Source: a virus (lineage: Duplodnaviria; Heunggongvirae; Uroviricota; Caudoviricetes). From it: a DNA stretch of 30,723 nt. Position 1 is the first letter of the stretch. The number at the start of each line of letters is the position of its first letter. Where the stretch lies: IMG/VR virus record IMGVR_UViG_648276647_000020, one strand, 5' to 3'. This document shows, piece by piece, positions 8,574 to 16,849 of the stretch. The notes under the pieces were generated by a model. That model was not told where the DNA came from and searched no databases. It saw nothing but the letters and a program-made list of their open reading frames with translations. A program made the position numbers and the translations under genes.

Positions 8574-8594
8574 CCGGCATCCTGCCGGTTATTT
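8568..8594 (+). terminator. hairpin/terminator overlapping the C stop codon
   Basis: ATAACCGGCA / loop TCC / TGCCGGTTAT perfect inverted repeat (8570-8592) followed by ATTT. The U-tract is short, so it may be a weak terminator or processing hairpin. Confidence 0.55.
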
Positions 8595-8664
8595 CCTGTC
8601 ACCATAATCCCGCACCTGTCACCTGATTTTTTAGACTGCCATCAGAGCATTTTTTCAGGGAAGC
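8595..8664 (+). promoter_or_regulatory. candidate C-dependent late promoter upstream of lys
   Basis: Motif CATAATCCCGCACCT (8603-8617) shares CATAA(T/C)CCC and CCCGCACCT with the region upstream of gene I (16783-16807). Possible -10 TAGACT at 8632-8637. Confidence 0.45.
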
Positions 8665-9183
8665 ATGATGGCGGGGATACCAAAAAAACTGAAAGCCGCA
8701 CTGCTGGCGGCAACGATTGCCGGTGGTGGTATGGGTGGTTATCAGGAAATGACCCGTCAGTCTCTGATCCATCTGGAAAATATCGCTTATCTGCCTTACC
8801 GCGATATTGCCGGTGTGCTTACGGTCTGTGTGGGACATACCGGGCCGGATATCGAAATGCGCCGTTACAGCCATGCGGAGTGTATGGCTCTCCTCGCCAG
8901 TGATTTAAAACCGGTTTATGCGGCAATCGATCGTCTTGTCAGGGTGCCGCTGACGCCATATCAGAAAACGGCGCTGGCAACGTTTATTTTCAACACCGGT
9001 GTTACCGCATTCAGTAAATCAACGCTGCTGAAAAAACTCAATGCCGGTGATTACGCCGGAGCGCGTGACCAGATGGCCCGCTGGGTGTTTGCCGCAGGCC
9101 ATAAATGGAAAGGACTGATGAACCGTCGCGAAGTGGAAATGGCAATCTGGAATATCAGGGGGGCGGATGACCTTCGCCAGTAA
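8665..9183 (+). CDS. lys: SAR endolysin, T4-lysozyme-like (GH24) muramidase
   Basis: 172 aa. N-terminal Ala/Gly-rich weakly hydrophobic segment (KKLKAALLAATIAGGGMGG) typical of a signal-anchor-release domain. Catalytic E-x8-D-x5-T spacing (E38, D47, T53). Confidence 0.85.
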   Translation: MMAGIPKKLKAALLAATIAGGGMGGYQEMTRQSLIHLENIAYLPYRDIAGVLTVCVGHTGPDIEMRRYSHAECMALLASDLKPVYAAIDRLVRVPLTPYQKTALATFIFNTGVTAFSKSTLLKKLNAGDYAGARDQMARWVFAAGHKWKGLMNRREVEMAIWNIRGADDLRQ

Positions 9184-9553
9184 AAGTTTACTGCTGGCAG
9201 CCGTGTTTACCGCCGTTCTGTCCGGGGTGTTGTGGCACAGGCTGGACAGCACCCGCCACGATAACCAGACGCTGCGCCGTGAATTACAGACGGAGCAACA
9301 GGCCCGCAACACGGCTGAATGGTTGTTACACGGTCAGGAACAGACGATGCAGGTATTTTCCGCTATCCGTGCCGCAAATCGTGCCGCACGGCTGGCAGAT
9401 GAGACAGAACATCATGATGCAAAAGAAAAAATTACAACCGCCATTACTGGTGACAATTGCAGCACTCGTCCTGTGCCTGCCGTTGCTGCTGACAGGTTGC
9501 GGGAACTCGAAAAACGCACCCGTGCCATCGGTGGTGATCCTGCCCGAAACTGA
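9167..9553 (+). CDS. i-spanin (Rz-like)
   Basis: 128 aa with N-terminal TM helix (LLLAAVFTAVLSGVLW) then charged coiled-coil-like periplasmic domain. Directly after the endolysin, overlapping its stop. Confidence 0.7.
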   Translation: MTFASKSLLLAAVFTAVLSGVLWHRLDSTRHDNQTLRRELQTEQQARNTAEWLLHGQEQTMQVFSAIRAANRAARLADETEHHDAKEKITTAITGDNCSTRPVPAVAADRLRELEKRTRAIGGDPARN

Positions 9554-9755
9554 TACAGAACTGACAGAAGCAACGCCCGTTCCGCCCATGCCACAGCCCC
9601 TGACGTGGGGAGCATCCCTTCTCTGGAATGCTGACCTGTTGATGGCGCTCGGGCAGTGCAACCGCGACAAGGCATCAGTCCGGGAACAGGAGATCCGAAG
9701 GAAAGAAATTTATGAACGAAGACCAGAACCGGGCGGTGGCGCTGCTGCTCGCTGA
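9414..9755 (+). CDS. o-spanin (Rz1-like lipoprotein), overlapped architecture
   Basis: Starts at ATGATG 9414 in the +1 frame inside the i-spanin gene. Signal peptide with lipobox LLLTGC, then a Pro-rich mature region. The 3' extent (114 aa) is longer than typical and uncertain. Confidence 0.6.
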   Translation: MMQKKKLQPPLLVTIAALVLCLPLLLTGCGNSKNAPVPSVVILPETDTELTEATPVPPMPQPLTWGASLLWNADLLMALGQCNRDKASVREQEIRRKEIYERRPEPGGGAAAR

Positions 9756-9906
9756 ACTCTGGCAGGGGGATACCCGTGATATTCCCCGCCCGGCGGCGTA
9801 TGACCCGCCTGTATTGTGTGCCGGTTGCTGTCGTGAGCTGCGGCCTGATGTGCTGAGACAGCAGCCGATGGCGAACTACTGCCACTGGTGCCGTGGAGCA
9901 GAATAA
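9712..9906 (+). CDS. hypothetical small Cys-containing protein
   Basis: 64 aa. Stop overlaps the start of the next gene (TAATG at 9904-9908), suggesting coupling. Overlaps the o-spanin 3' end. Confidence 0.45.
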   Translation: MNEDQNRAVALLLAELWQGDTRDIPRPAAYDPPVLCAGCCRELRPDVLRQQPMANYCHWCRGAE

Positions 9907-10205
9907 TGGATTTGATTTCAGTTTTAGCGTTATGGCCTTACCTGTTGCCTGTTGTGGCCGGTGGGGCCGTCTGGGCGATGCGTCGTAGTTTTGCCAGCAC
10001 CGAGCGTGTGGAGCGTCTTGAAAACCGGATGACCGAAATGGAAACCCGCTACGCCAGCATCCCTGGCACAGAAGATGTACACGAAATGCGCCTGCGTATT
10101 GCAGAGCTGTCCGGCGATATCCGGGTGCTGTCCCAGCGGGTGCAGTCATTTTCCCATCAACTGGAGCTGCTGCTTGAAAACGCAGTAAACCGGAGTAATT
10201 CATGA
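9906..10205 (+). CDS. gp25-like membrane protein (candidate releasin)
   Basis: 100 aa from ATG 9906 (SD ggagcaga). N-terminal TM helix (LISVLALWPYLLPVVAGGAVWA) then coiled-coil-like region. Sits in the lysis cassette at the Mu gp25 position. Confidence 0.6.
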   Translation: MDLISVLALWPYLLPVVAGGAVWAMRRSFASTERVERLENRMTEMETRYASIPGTEDVHEMRLRIAELSGDIRVLSQRVQSFSHQLELLLENAVNRSNS

Positions 10206-10492
10206 TTAACGATATTCTGACTGAAGACCGTCGTCTGGTCATCCTGCGTTCCCTGATGGACTGCAATAACGAAGCCAACGAATCCATCCTTCAGGACTGT
10301 CTGGATGCATACGGACACAACGTTTCCCGCGATGTGGTTCGCGGCCAGATTGACTGGCTGGCAGAGCAGCAACTGGTCACCGTGGAAAACCTGCGCGGCT
10401 TTTATGTCGTAACGCTGACCTCCCGAGGTCAGGATGTGGCGGAAGGCCGCGCCCGCGTTGCCGGTGTCAAGCGTCCGCGTCCCCGTGCATGA
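10202..10492 (+). CDS. Mu gp26-like protein
   Basis: 96 aa, ATGA overlap with the upstream gene, SD ggag. Function inferred from synteny only. Confidence 0.6.
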   Translation: MINDILTEDRRLVILRSLMDCNNEANESILQDCLDAYGHNVSRDVVRGQIDWLAEQQLVTVENLRGFYVVTLTSRGQDVAEGRARVAGVKRPRPRA

Positions 10493-10503
10493 CAGGAGGC
10501 GTG

Positions 10504-11079
10504 ATGGACAGGAAAACACGGGGCCGGGCTTCAAAAGTGGATTTACTGCCGGAAAACGTACGTAAAACGCTGCATGAAATGCTGCGTGATAAGGCGATCC
10601 CACAGGCCCGCATTCTGGAAGAAATTAACGCACTGATTGAAGACGCAGGCCTGCCGGATGAGATGAAACTCTCCCGTTCCGGTCTGAACCGTTACGCGAC
10701 GAACGTCGAGCAGGTAGGCCATAACCTGCGACAGATGCGTGAAATGACGTCAGCACTGACCGCAGAACTTGGCGACAAGCCAATGGGCGAAACCACAAAG
10801 CTGATTCTGGAAATGGCCCGCAGCCAGCTTTTTAAGGCCATGATGCGGCAAATCGAAAACCCGGAATCTGACGTGGATATTGACCTGCTGAAAAATGCCA
10901 TGCTGGCGGCACAGCGTCTGGAATCCACGGCAATGTCCAGCCACCGGCGCGAGAAAGAAATCCGCCAGGCATTCGCAGAAGAAGCAGCAAACGCCGTCAG
11001 TGAAGAACTGCGCGGGCAGGATGGTATCAGCGAAGAGCTGGAGCAGCGTATCCGTGATGTACTGCTGGGGAAAGCGTAG
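10504..11079 (+). CDS. Mu gp27-like protein (putative small terminase/DNA-binding subunit)
   Basis: Perfect SD AGGAGG 7 nt before ATG 10504; the track's 10489 start overlaps the previous stop. Basic N-terminus, acidic C-terminus. Immediately upstream of the large-terminase region. Confidence 0.65.
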   Translation: MDRKTRGRASKVDLLPENVRKTLHEMLRDKAIPQARILEEINALIEDAGLPDEMKLSRSGLNRYATNVEQVGHNLRQMREMTSALTAELGDKPMGETTKLILEMARSQLFKAMMRQIENPESDVDIDLLKNAMLAAQRLESTAMSSHRREKEIRQAFAEEAANAVSEELRGQDGISEELEQRIRDVLLGKA

Positions 11080-11089
11080 GCGTTACGTT

Positions 11090-11260
11090 ATGAAAAATGA
11101 TTACAAAGCACAGCTAATCAGTGCCCATAAAAAAGCCTTCAGGATTGCAACATTGTCTGATGTCCGGTTGATACACCAGATTCGGGATGTGCTTGTTCAG
11201 GCTATGGCTTCAGGCAATTCATGGCATACGACCATAAAACAACTAAGGACTTTGTCCTGA
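11090..11260 (+). CDS. hypothetical small protein (islet ORF 1)
   Basis: 56 aa from ATG 11090, weak RBS, lower-GC sequence than the flanking late genes. Confidence 0.35.
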   Translation: MKNDYKAQLISAHKKAFRIATLSDVRLIHQIRDVLVQAMASGNSWHTTIKQLRTLS

Positions 11261-11270
11261 GGAGATGAAA

Positions 11271-11468
11271 ATGGCGGATGAAAAAACTAAATACAAGACC
11301 TCAACAGAACTGGCAATGGTACTGTGGCCCGTTGTGAAAAAACAGATTGATGAGGATCCGGAAGTCCATCCACGAATTATGGCCGAGGCCCTGTATCTGG
11401 TTATGCAACTGGTGGATGGCCCGGCTACAGCGGGCCAGGTGATCAGTTATTCTCAGGTTCACCGATAA
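11271..11468 (+). CDS. hypothetical small protein (islet ORF 2)
   Basis: 65 aa from ATG 11271 with GGAG 7 nt upstream (alternative ATG 11265). Confidence 0.4.
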   Translation: MADEKTKYKTSTELAMVLWPVVKKQIDEDPEVHPRIMAEALYLVMQLVDGPATAGQVISYSQVHR

Positions 11469-11637
11469 CGGTTTTTTCAACAATTTTGTAGAAAGCATTA
11501 AATGTGTTTTCTTCCACTGATGCTTTTCCTGAACAGGAGATCTCAAGTGAAACGCCTTTTGCCTGGGTGGATTCAAACATTTGCACGGCTATCCGGGCAA
11601 TTTCGATTTTTTGATCAATGGTCAGTTTCTCTTTCAT
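11443..11637 (-). CDS. hypothetical small protein on the opposite strand (candidate moron)
   Basis: 64 aa (MKEKLTIDQKIEIARIAVQMFESTQAKGVSLEISCSGKASVEENTFNAFYKIVEKTVIGEPENN). Minus-strand ATG at 11635-11637 is preceded by AAGAGG SD at 5 nt spacing. About 38% GC by my manual count over 11461-11700, versus about 52% in the adjacent terminase start. Confidence 0.45.
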   Translation of the reverse strand: MKEKLTIDQKIEIARIAVQMFESTQAKGVSLEISCSGKASVEENTFNAFYKIVEKTVIGEPENN

Positions 11638-11692
11638 AAAAACCTCTTTTTTACTGATTAATGCCTGAAAATTTATACCGGATTTTTCGCCC

Positions 11693-13348
11693 ATGAGCAC
11701 CAGAGAAAGCAAACTTAAAGCCCTTCATGCGCCCCGCAAAATCGACCTGCGTAAGGAAGCCGGACTGCTCGGCGTGAATATCGTGACCGATATCGGTGAA
11801 GCACAGCCCCGCAATGAACCGGTTTTCCTGGGCTATCAGCGCCGCTGGTTTGAGGATGAAAGCCAGATTTGTATCGCTGAAAAATCCCGTCGTACCGGTC
11901 TGACATGGGCTGAAGCGGGCCGCAATGTCATGACGGCCGCAAAGCCGAAGCGTCGCGGTGGTCGCAACGTCTTTTATGTGGGTTCCCGTCAGGAAATGGC
12001 GCTGGAATACATCGCCGCCTGTGCCCTGTTTGCCCGCGCCTTTAACCAGCTGGCAAAGGCTGATGTCTGGGAGCAGACCTTCTGGGACAGCGATAAAAAA
12101 GAAGAAATCCTCACTTATATGATCCGCTTTCCGAACAGCGGATTTAAGATACAGGCGCTGTCAAGCCGCCCGTCTAACCTGCGTGGTTTGCAGGGGGACG
12201 TGGTGATTGATGAGGCGGCATTTCATGAAGCCCTGGACGAACTCCTGAAAGCGGCCTTTGCACTAAACATGTGGGGTGCCAGCGTGCGCATCATATCGAC
12301 ACATAACGGCGTCGATAATTTGTTTAATCAGTACATTCAGGATGCGCGCGAGGGGCGCAAGGATTACAGCGTTCACCGCATCACGCTGGATGATGCCATC
12401 GCTGACGGGTTGTACCGACGTATCTGTTACGTCACGAATCAGCCGTGGTCGCCGGAAGCGGAAAAAGCCTGGCGTGATGGCCTGTACCGGAATGCGCCGA
12501 ATAAAGAGAGTGCTGACGAGGAATACGGCTGCATTCCTAAAAAATCCGGGGGCGCTTATCTGTCACGCGTGCTGATTGAAGCCGCCATGACGCCAGCGCG
12601 GGATATCCCGGTTCTGCGTTTTGAAGCCCCGGACGATTTTGAATCGCTGACACCACAAATGCGCCACGACATCGTTCAGGACTGGTGTGAACAGGAGCTG
12701 CTCCCGTTGCTCGATGCGCTGTCGCCGCTCAATAAACACGTACTGGGCGAAGACTTTGCGCGCCGTGGCGACCTGACGGTGTTTGTGCCGCTTGCCATCA
12801 CGCCTGACTTACGCAAACGCGAATGTTTCCGCGTGGAGCTGCGTAATGTGACCTATGACCAGCAGCGACAAATCCTTTTATTCATTCTGTCCCGTTTGCC
12901 CCGTTTTACCGGCGCTGCATTTGATGCCACCGGTAACGGCGGTTATCTGGCAGAGGCCGCCCGTCTGATTTATGGCCCGGAGATGATCGACTGCATCAGT
13001 CTGACCCCCGCCTGGTATCAGGAGTGGATGCCAAAACTGAAAGGCGAGTTTGAAGCGCAGAACATCACGATTGCCCGGCATCAGACCACACTTGATGACC
13101 TGCTTCATATCAAGGTGGATAAGGGGATCCCGCAGATTGACAAGGGGCGCACAAAAGATGAAGGCGGTAAAGGCCGACGACATGGCGACTTTGCCGTAGC
13201 GCTCTGTATGGCTGTCAGGGCGTCTTATATGAATGGTTTTGTTATCGACGAGGACAGCATACAGGCGCTGCCACCACGCCACCGTGGTGATGATGTTGAT
13301 AACGATGATTTTGATGATTATCACCAGTTTGAACGAGGGGGCTGGTAA
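11693..13348 (+). CDS. terminase large subunit (Mu gp28-like)
   Basis: 551 aa ORF directly upstream of and coupled to the portal gene (TAATG overlap); size and position as in Mu-like phages. Confidence 0.8.
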   Translation: MSTRESKLKALHAPRKIDLRKEAGLLGVNIVTDIGEAQPRNEPVFLGYQRRWFEDESQICIAEKSRRTGLTWAEAGRNVMTAAKPKRRGGRNVFYVGSRQEMALEYIAACALFARAFNQLAKADVWEQTFWDSDKKEEILTYMIRFPNSGFKIQALSSRPSNLRGLQGDVVIDEAAFHEALDELLKAAFALNMWGASVRIISTHNGVDNLFNQYIQDAREGRKDYSVHRITLDDAIADGLYRRICYVTNQPWSPEAEKAWRDGLYRNAPNKESADEEYGCIPKKSGGAYLSRVLIEAAMTPARDIPVLRFEAPDDFESLTPQMRHDIVQDWCEQELLPLLDALSPLNKHVLGEDFARRGDLTVFVPLAITPDLRKRECFRVELRNVTYDQQRQILLFILSRLPRFTGAAFDATGNGGYLAEAARLIYGPEMIDCISLTPAWYQEWMPKLKGEFEAQNITIARHQTTLDDLLHIKVDKGIPQIDKGRTKDEGGKGRRHGDFAVALCMAVRASYMNGFVIDEDSIQALPPRHRGDDVDNDDFDDYHQFERGGW

Positions 13349-14886
13349 TGGGCCGTATTCTGGATATTTCCGGGCAGCCGTTTGATTTTGACGATGAAAT
13401 GCAGACCCGCAGCGATGAGCTGGCAATGGTCATGAAGCGCACGCAGGAGCATCCTTCCAGTGGTGTGACGCCGAACCGGGCCGCGCAGATGCTGCGTGAT
13501 GCCGAACGCGGTGATCTGACAGCACAGGCTGACCTGGCCTTTGATATGGAAGAAAAGGACACCCACCTTTTTTCCGAACTGAGCAAGCGCCGCCTTGCCA
13601 TTCAGGCGCTGGAATGGCGCATCGCTCCGGCACGTGATGCCAGCGCACAGGAGAAAAAAGACGCCGACATGCTGAATGAATATCTGCATGATGCGGCGTG
13701 GTTTGAAGATGCCCTGTTTGATGCCGGTGATGCCATTCTCAAGGGTTATTCCATGCAGGAGATTGAATGGGGCTGGCTGGACAAAATGCGCGTGCCGGTG
13801 GCGCTGCATCATCGCGATCCGGCGCTGTTCTGTGCGAACCCCGACAATCTGAACGAATTACGCCTGCGTGATGCGTCTTATCACGGGCTGGAGCTGCAAC
13901 CGTTCGGCTGGTTTATGCACCGGGCCAAATCCCGTACCGGGTATGTCGGCACCAATGGCCTTGTGCGCACGCTTATCTGGCCTTTTATTTTTAAAAACTA
14001 TTCCGTGCGTGATTTTGCAGAGTTTCTGGAAATTTACGGACTCCCCATGCGCGTTGGTAAATATCCGACCGGCTCAACGAACCGCGAGAAAGCCACGCTG
14101 ATGCAGGCCGTGATGGATATCGGGCGACGTGCCGGTGGCATTATTCCGATGGGGATGACGCTGGATTTTCAGAGCGCCGCAGATGGTCAGTCAGACCCTT
14201 TTATGGCGATGGTTGGCTGGGCAGAAAAAGCGATTTCAAAAGCCATTCTGGGCGGCACCCTGACCACAGAGGCCGGCGATAAAGGTGCACGGTCGCTGGG
14301 TGAAGTGCATGATGAAGTTCGCCGGGAAATCCGTAACGCGGATGTGGGCCAGCTTGCCCGCAGTATTAACCGTGACCTGATTTATCCCCTGCTGGCACTG
14401 AACAGTGACAGCGCCATTGATATTAACCGCCTGCCGGGCATTGTGTTTGATACCAGTGAAGCGGGTGATATTACGGCACTGTCTGACGCCATTCCGAAAC
14501 TGGCGGCGGGAATGCGTATTCCGGTCTCCTGGATACAGGAAAAACTCCATATTCCACAGCCGGTCGGTGACGAAGCCGTGTTTACTGTACAACCGGTTGT
14601 CCCGGATAACGGTCCGCAGAAAGAGGCCGCATTATCCGCTGAAGATATCCCGCAGGAGGATGATATCGACCGGATGGGCGTCTCACCGGAAGACTGGCAG
14701 CTTTCGGTTGATCCCCTGCTGAAACCCGTCATTTTTTCTGTGCTGAAAGATGGCCCGGAAGCCGCCATGAACAAAGCTGCTTCATTATATCCGCAGATGG
14801 ATGATGCAGAACTTATCGACATGCTGACCCGTGCCATTTTTGTTGCCGATATATGGGGGCGTCTGGATGCCGCAGCAGACCATTGA
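13348..14886 (+). CDS. portal protein (Mu gp29-like)
   Basis: 512 aa with strong SD gaggggg. Position between terminase and the F-like head morphogenesis gene. Confidence 0.8.
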   Translation: MGRILDISGQPFDFDDEMQTRSDELAMVMKRTQEHPSSGVTPNRAAQMLRDAERGDLTAQADLAFDMEEKDTHLFSELSKRRLAIQALEWRIAPARDASAQEKKDADMLNEYLHDAAWFEDALFDAGDAILKGYSMQEIEWGWLDKMRVPVALHHRDPALFCANPDNLNELRLRDASYHGLELQPFGWFMHRAKSRTGYVGTNGLVRTLIWPFIFKNYSVRDFAEFLEIYGLPMRVGKYPTGSTNREKATLMQAVMDIGRRAGGIIPMGMTLDFQSAADGQSDPFMAMVGWAEKAISKAILGGTLTTEAGDKGARSLGEVHDEVRREIRNADVGQLARSINRDLIYPLLALNSDSAIDINRLPGIVFDTSEAGDITALSDAIPKLAAGMRIPVSWIQEKLHIPQPVGDEAVFTVQPVVPDNGPQKEAALSAEDIPQEDDIDRMGVSPEDWQLSVDPLLKPVIFSVLKDGPEAAMNKAASLYPQMDDAELIDMLTRAIFVADIWGRLDAAADH

Positions 14887-16186
14887 TCTGGCGTATGCCG
14901 CACGCCTCCCGCCAAAGGAGGCTGTCGCGTATTTCCGCGCCAAAGGCTACAACATCACCTGGAACTGGTACGAACAACTGGCAGACGCGCACGCCCGCGC
15001 CTTTACCGTTGCCAAAGCCACCCGGATGGATGTCCTGACCACAATCCGTGAGGAAGTGGAGCGGGCTGTCAGTGAAGGCATCACCCGTGAGGAATTTACC
15101 CGCACACTGGCCCCCCGGCTGCAAAAACTCGGATGGTGGGGAAAACAAATCATCGTGGATGCAGACGGAAACGCGAAGGTAATCGAGCTGGGCAGTCCGC
15201 GTCGTCTGGCAACCATTTATAACGTCAATACCCGTACGGCGTATGGGGCAGGACGTTATGCGCAGATGATGAATACCGCCGATTTGTACCCGTACTGGCA
15301 GTACGTTGCCGTTATGGATGGCAGAACACGCCCGGAACATGCGCGGCTGCACAATATGGTTTTCCGGTATGACGACATTTTCTGGCAGACGCATTACCCG
15401 CCCAATGGCTGGAACTGCCGCTGTCGCGTCCGGGCGCTGTCTGCGGCCCGCATGAAAGAACTGGGGCTACAGGTCAGTTATGGTGCGTCATTCATGAATA
15501 CCCGCGAAGTGGATGCCGGTACGGATGAAAGCACCGGAGAGATTTTCCGCACATCGTCAACCACATTTGACAACGGTCGGGTAAAAATGACGCCGGATGT
15601 GGGCTGGTCATATAACCCCGGTTCGGCGGCATTTGGTACGGATCAGGCACTGATTCGAAAACTGGTGGAAATTCGCGACGCGCAGTTGCGTGAGCAGGTT
15701 GTGCAGACGCTGAATAACAGCCGGGAGCGTCAGCTTGCTTTTTCCCTCTGGCTTAAACACCTGGCAGGATCACGTCAGACCGGTCATGAAATCCGGGCGC
15801 TGGGTTTTATGACGGAATCGGTAGCTGAAGCCGTACATCAGCGCACCGGGAATATGCCAGCCCGTCTGCTTGTGATGAACGGGAAAAGTCTGGCGACCAC
15901 TGCTGATGCCGCCCTGAAACCGGAAGATTTACAGCGTCTGCCGTCGCTGATGGCAAAACCACAGGCGGTATTGTGGGACAGGGAGAACCACCAGTTGCTG
16001 TATGTTGTGGCAACCCGTGACGGCACGGCCCGGATTGTGGTCAGAACATCACAGACAGTCGGCAGGCAGAATGACCGGGCAGATGTGCTGGTCAGTATCA
16101 GCCGCGTATCTGCACAGTCGCTTGAAGCCGCGATTGCTGACGGGATGATTGACGTACTGGAGGGGCATGTGGAGGTGAATAAGTGA
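14867..16186 (+). CDS. head morphogenesis protein F (Mu gp30-like)
   Basis: About 439 aa from ATG 14867 (MPQQTIDLAYAARLPPKEAVAYFRAKGYNITWNWYEQ...), overlapping the portal 3' end. Fits minor head protein families found after portal genes. Confidence 0.75.
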   Translation: MPQQTIDLAYAARLPPKEAVAYFRAKGYNITWNWYEQLADAHARAFTVAKATRMDVLTTIREEVERAVSEGITREEFTRTLAPRLQKLGWWGKQIIVDADGNAKVIELGSPRRLATIYNVNTRTAYGAGRYAQMMNTADLYPYWQYVAVMDGRTRPEHARLHNMVFRYDDIFWQTHYPPNGWNCRCRVRALSAARMKELGLQVSYGASFMNTREVDAGTDESTGEIFRTSSTTFDNGRVKMTPDVGWSYNPGSAAFGTDQALIRKLVEIRDAQLREQVVQTLNNSRERQLAFSLWLKHLAGSRQTGHEIRALGFMTESVAEAVHQRTGNMPARLLVMNGKSLATTADAALKPEDLQRLPSLMAKPQAVLWDRENHQLLYVVATRDGTARIVVRTSQTVGRQNDRADVLVSISRVSAQSLEAAIADGMIDVLEGHVEVNK

Positions 16187-16653
16187 GTCTTGATATGAAT
16201 GTTGCCGTGGATGTGCGACGTATTCAGCTTGCGCTGGATGAACTGGGAACCGTCACACGTGACCGCGCCATTCCCCGAGTGATGGCTGCGGCGCTGCTGT
16301 CATCCACGGAACAGGCATTTGAACGGCAGGCAGACCCGGATACAGGGAAAGGCTGGGAAGCGTGGAGCGATTCGTGGCTGGCATGGCGTCAGGATCATGG
16401 TTTTGTTCCGGGCAGTATCCTTACCCTGCATGGCGATCTGGCACGCAGTATTACTACCGATTATGGACAGGATTATGCCCTGATTGGTTCGCCAAAAATT
16501 TATGCTGCCATTCATCAGTGGGGCGGTACACCCGATATGGCACCCCGCCCGGCAGGCGTTCCTGCGCGTCCTTATATGGGGCTGGATAAGACCGGGGAAC
16601 AGGAAATTTTTGATGCCATCAGAAAACGCGTCAGCGCCGCTCTGAAGCAATAA
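16183..16653 (+). CDS. virion morphogenesis protein G (Mu gp31-like)
   Basis: 156 aa; GTG start 16183 with GGAGG SD (alternative ATG 16195). Confidence 0.7.
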   Translation: MSLDMNVAVDVRRIQLALDELGTVTRDRAIPRVMAAALLSSTEQAFERQADPDTGKGWEAWSDSWLAWRQDHGFVPGSILTLHGDLARSITTDYGQDYALIGSPKIYAAIHQWGGTPDMAPRPAGVPARPYMGLDKTGEQEIFDAIRKRVSAALKQ

Positions 16654-16849
16654 ACGGAATCAGGCATAAAATCAGCCGCACAGATTTTTTAAAACGCGCC
16701 ACGGGATTTTTAAACCGGTATTTAACGGTGTATGAATCCCGTTTTATCTTCCTTCCACTTTCTTTCTCCAGTACTCAAATAGCATAACCCCAGATTTTCC
16801 CGCACCTCCCGCAAACTGACTGCTCACAAACCATGATGAGCAGCAGGAC
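16654..16849 (+). promoter_or_regulatory. 196-bp noncoding G-I intergenic region: candidate late promoter and, by position, candidate strong gyrase site
   Basis: Longest noncoding gap in the morphogenesis block. Inverted repeat ACGGGATT (16701-16708) / AATCCCGT (16735-16742). Motifs CATAACCCC (16783-16791) and CCCGCACCT (16799-16807) shared with the lys upstream region. Confidence 0.5.

Noticed and set aside
9412-10287. Long minus-strand ORF (291 aa) antisense to the spanin and gp25 genes
   Set aside because: It overlaps well-supported + strand phage genes with coupled starts, and its product is low-complexity and Arg/Ser/Pro-rich, as expected for a GC-rich antisense frame. No RBS or start context was noted.
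13321-13812. Minus-strand ORF (163 aa) antisense to the portal gene
   Set aside because: It overlaps the terminase-portal junction, which is coupled on the + strand; there is no independent signal.
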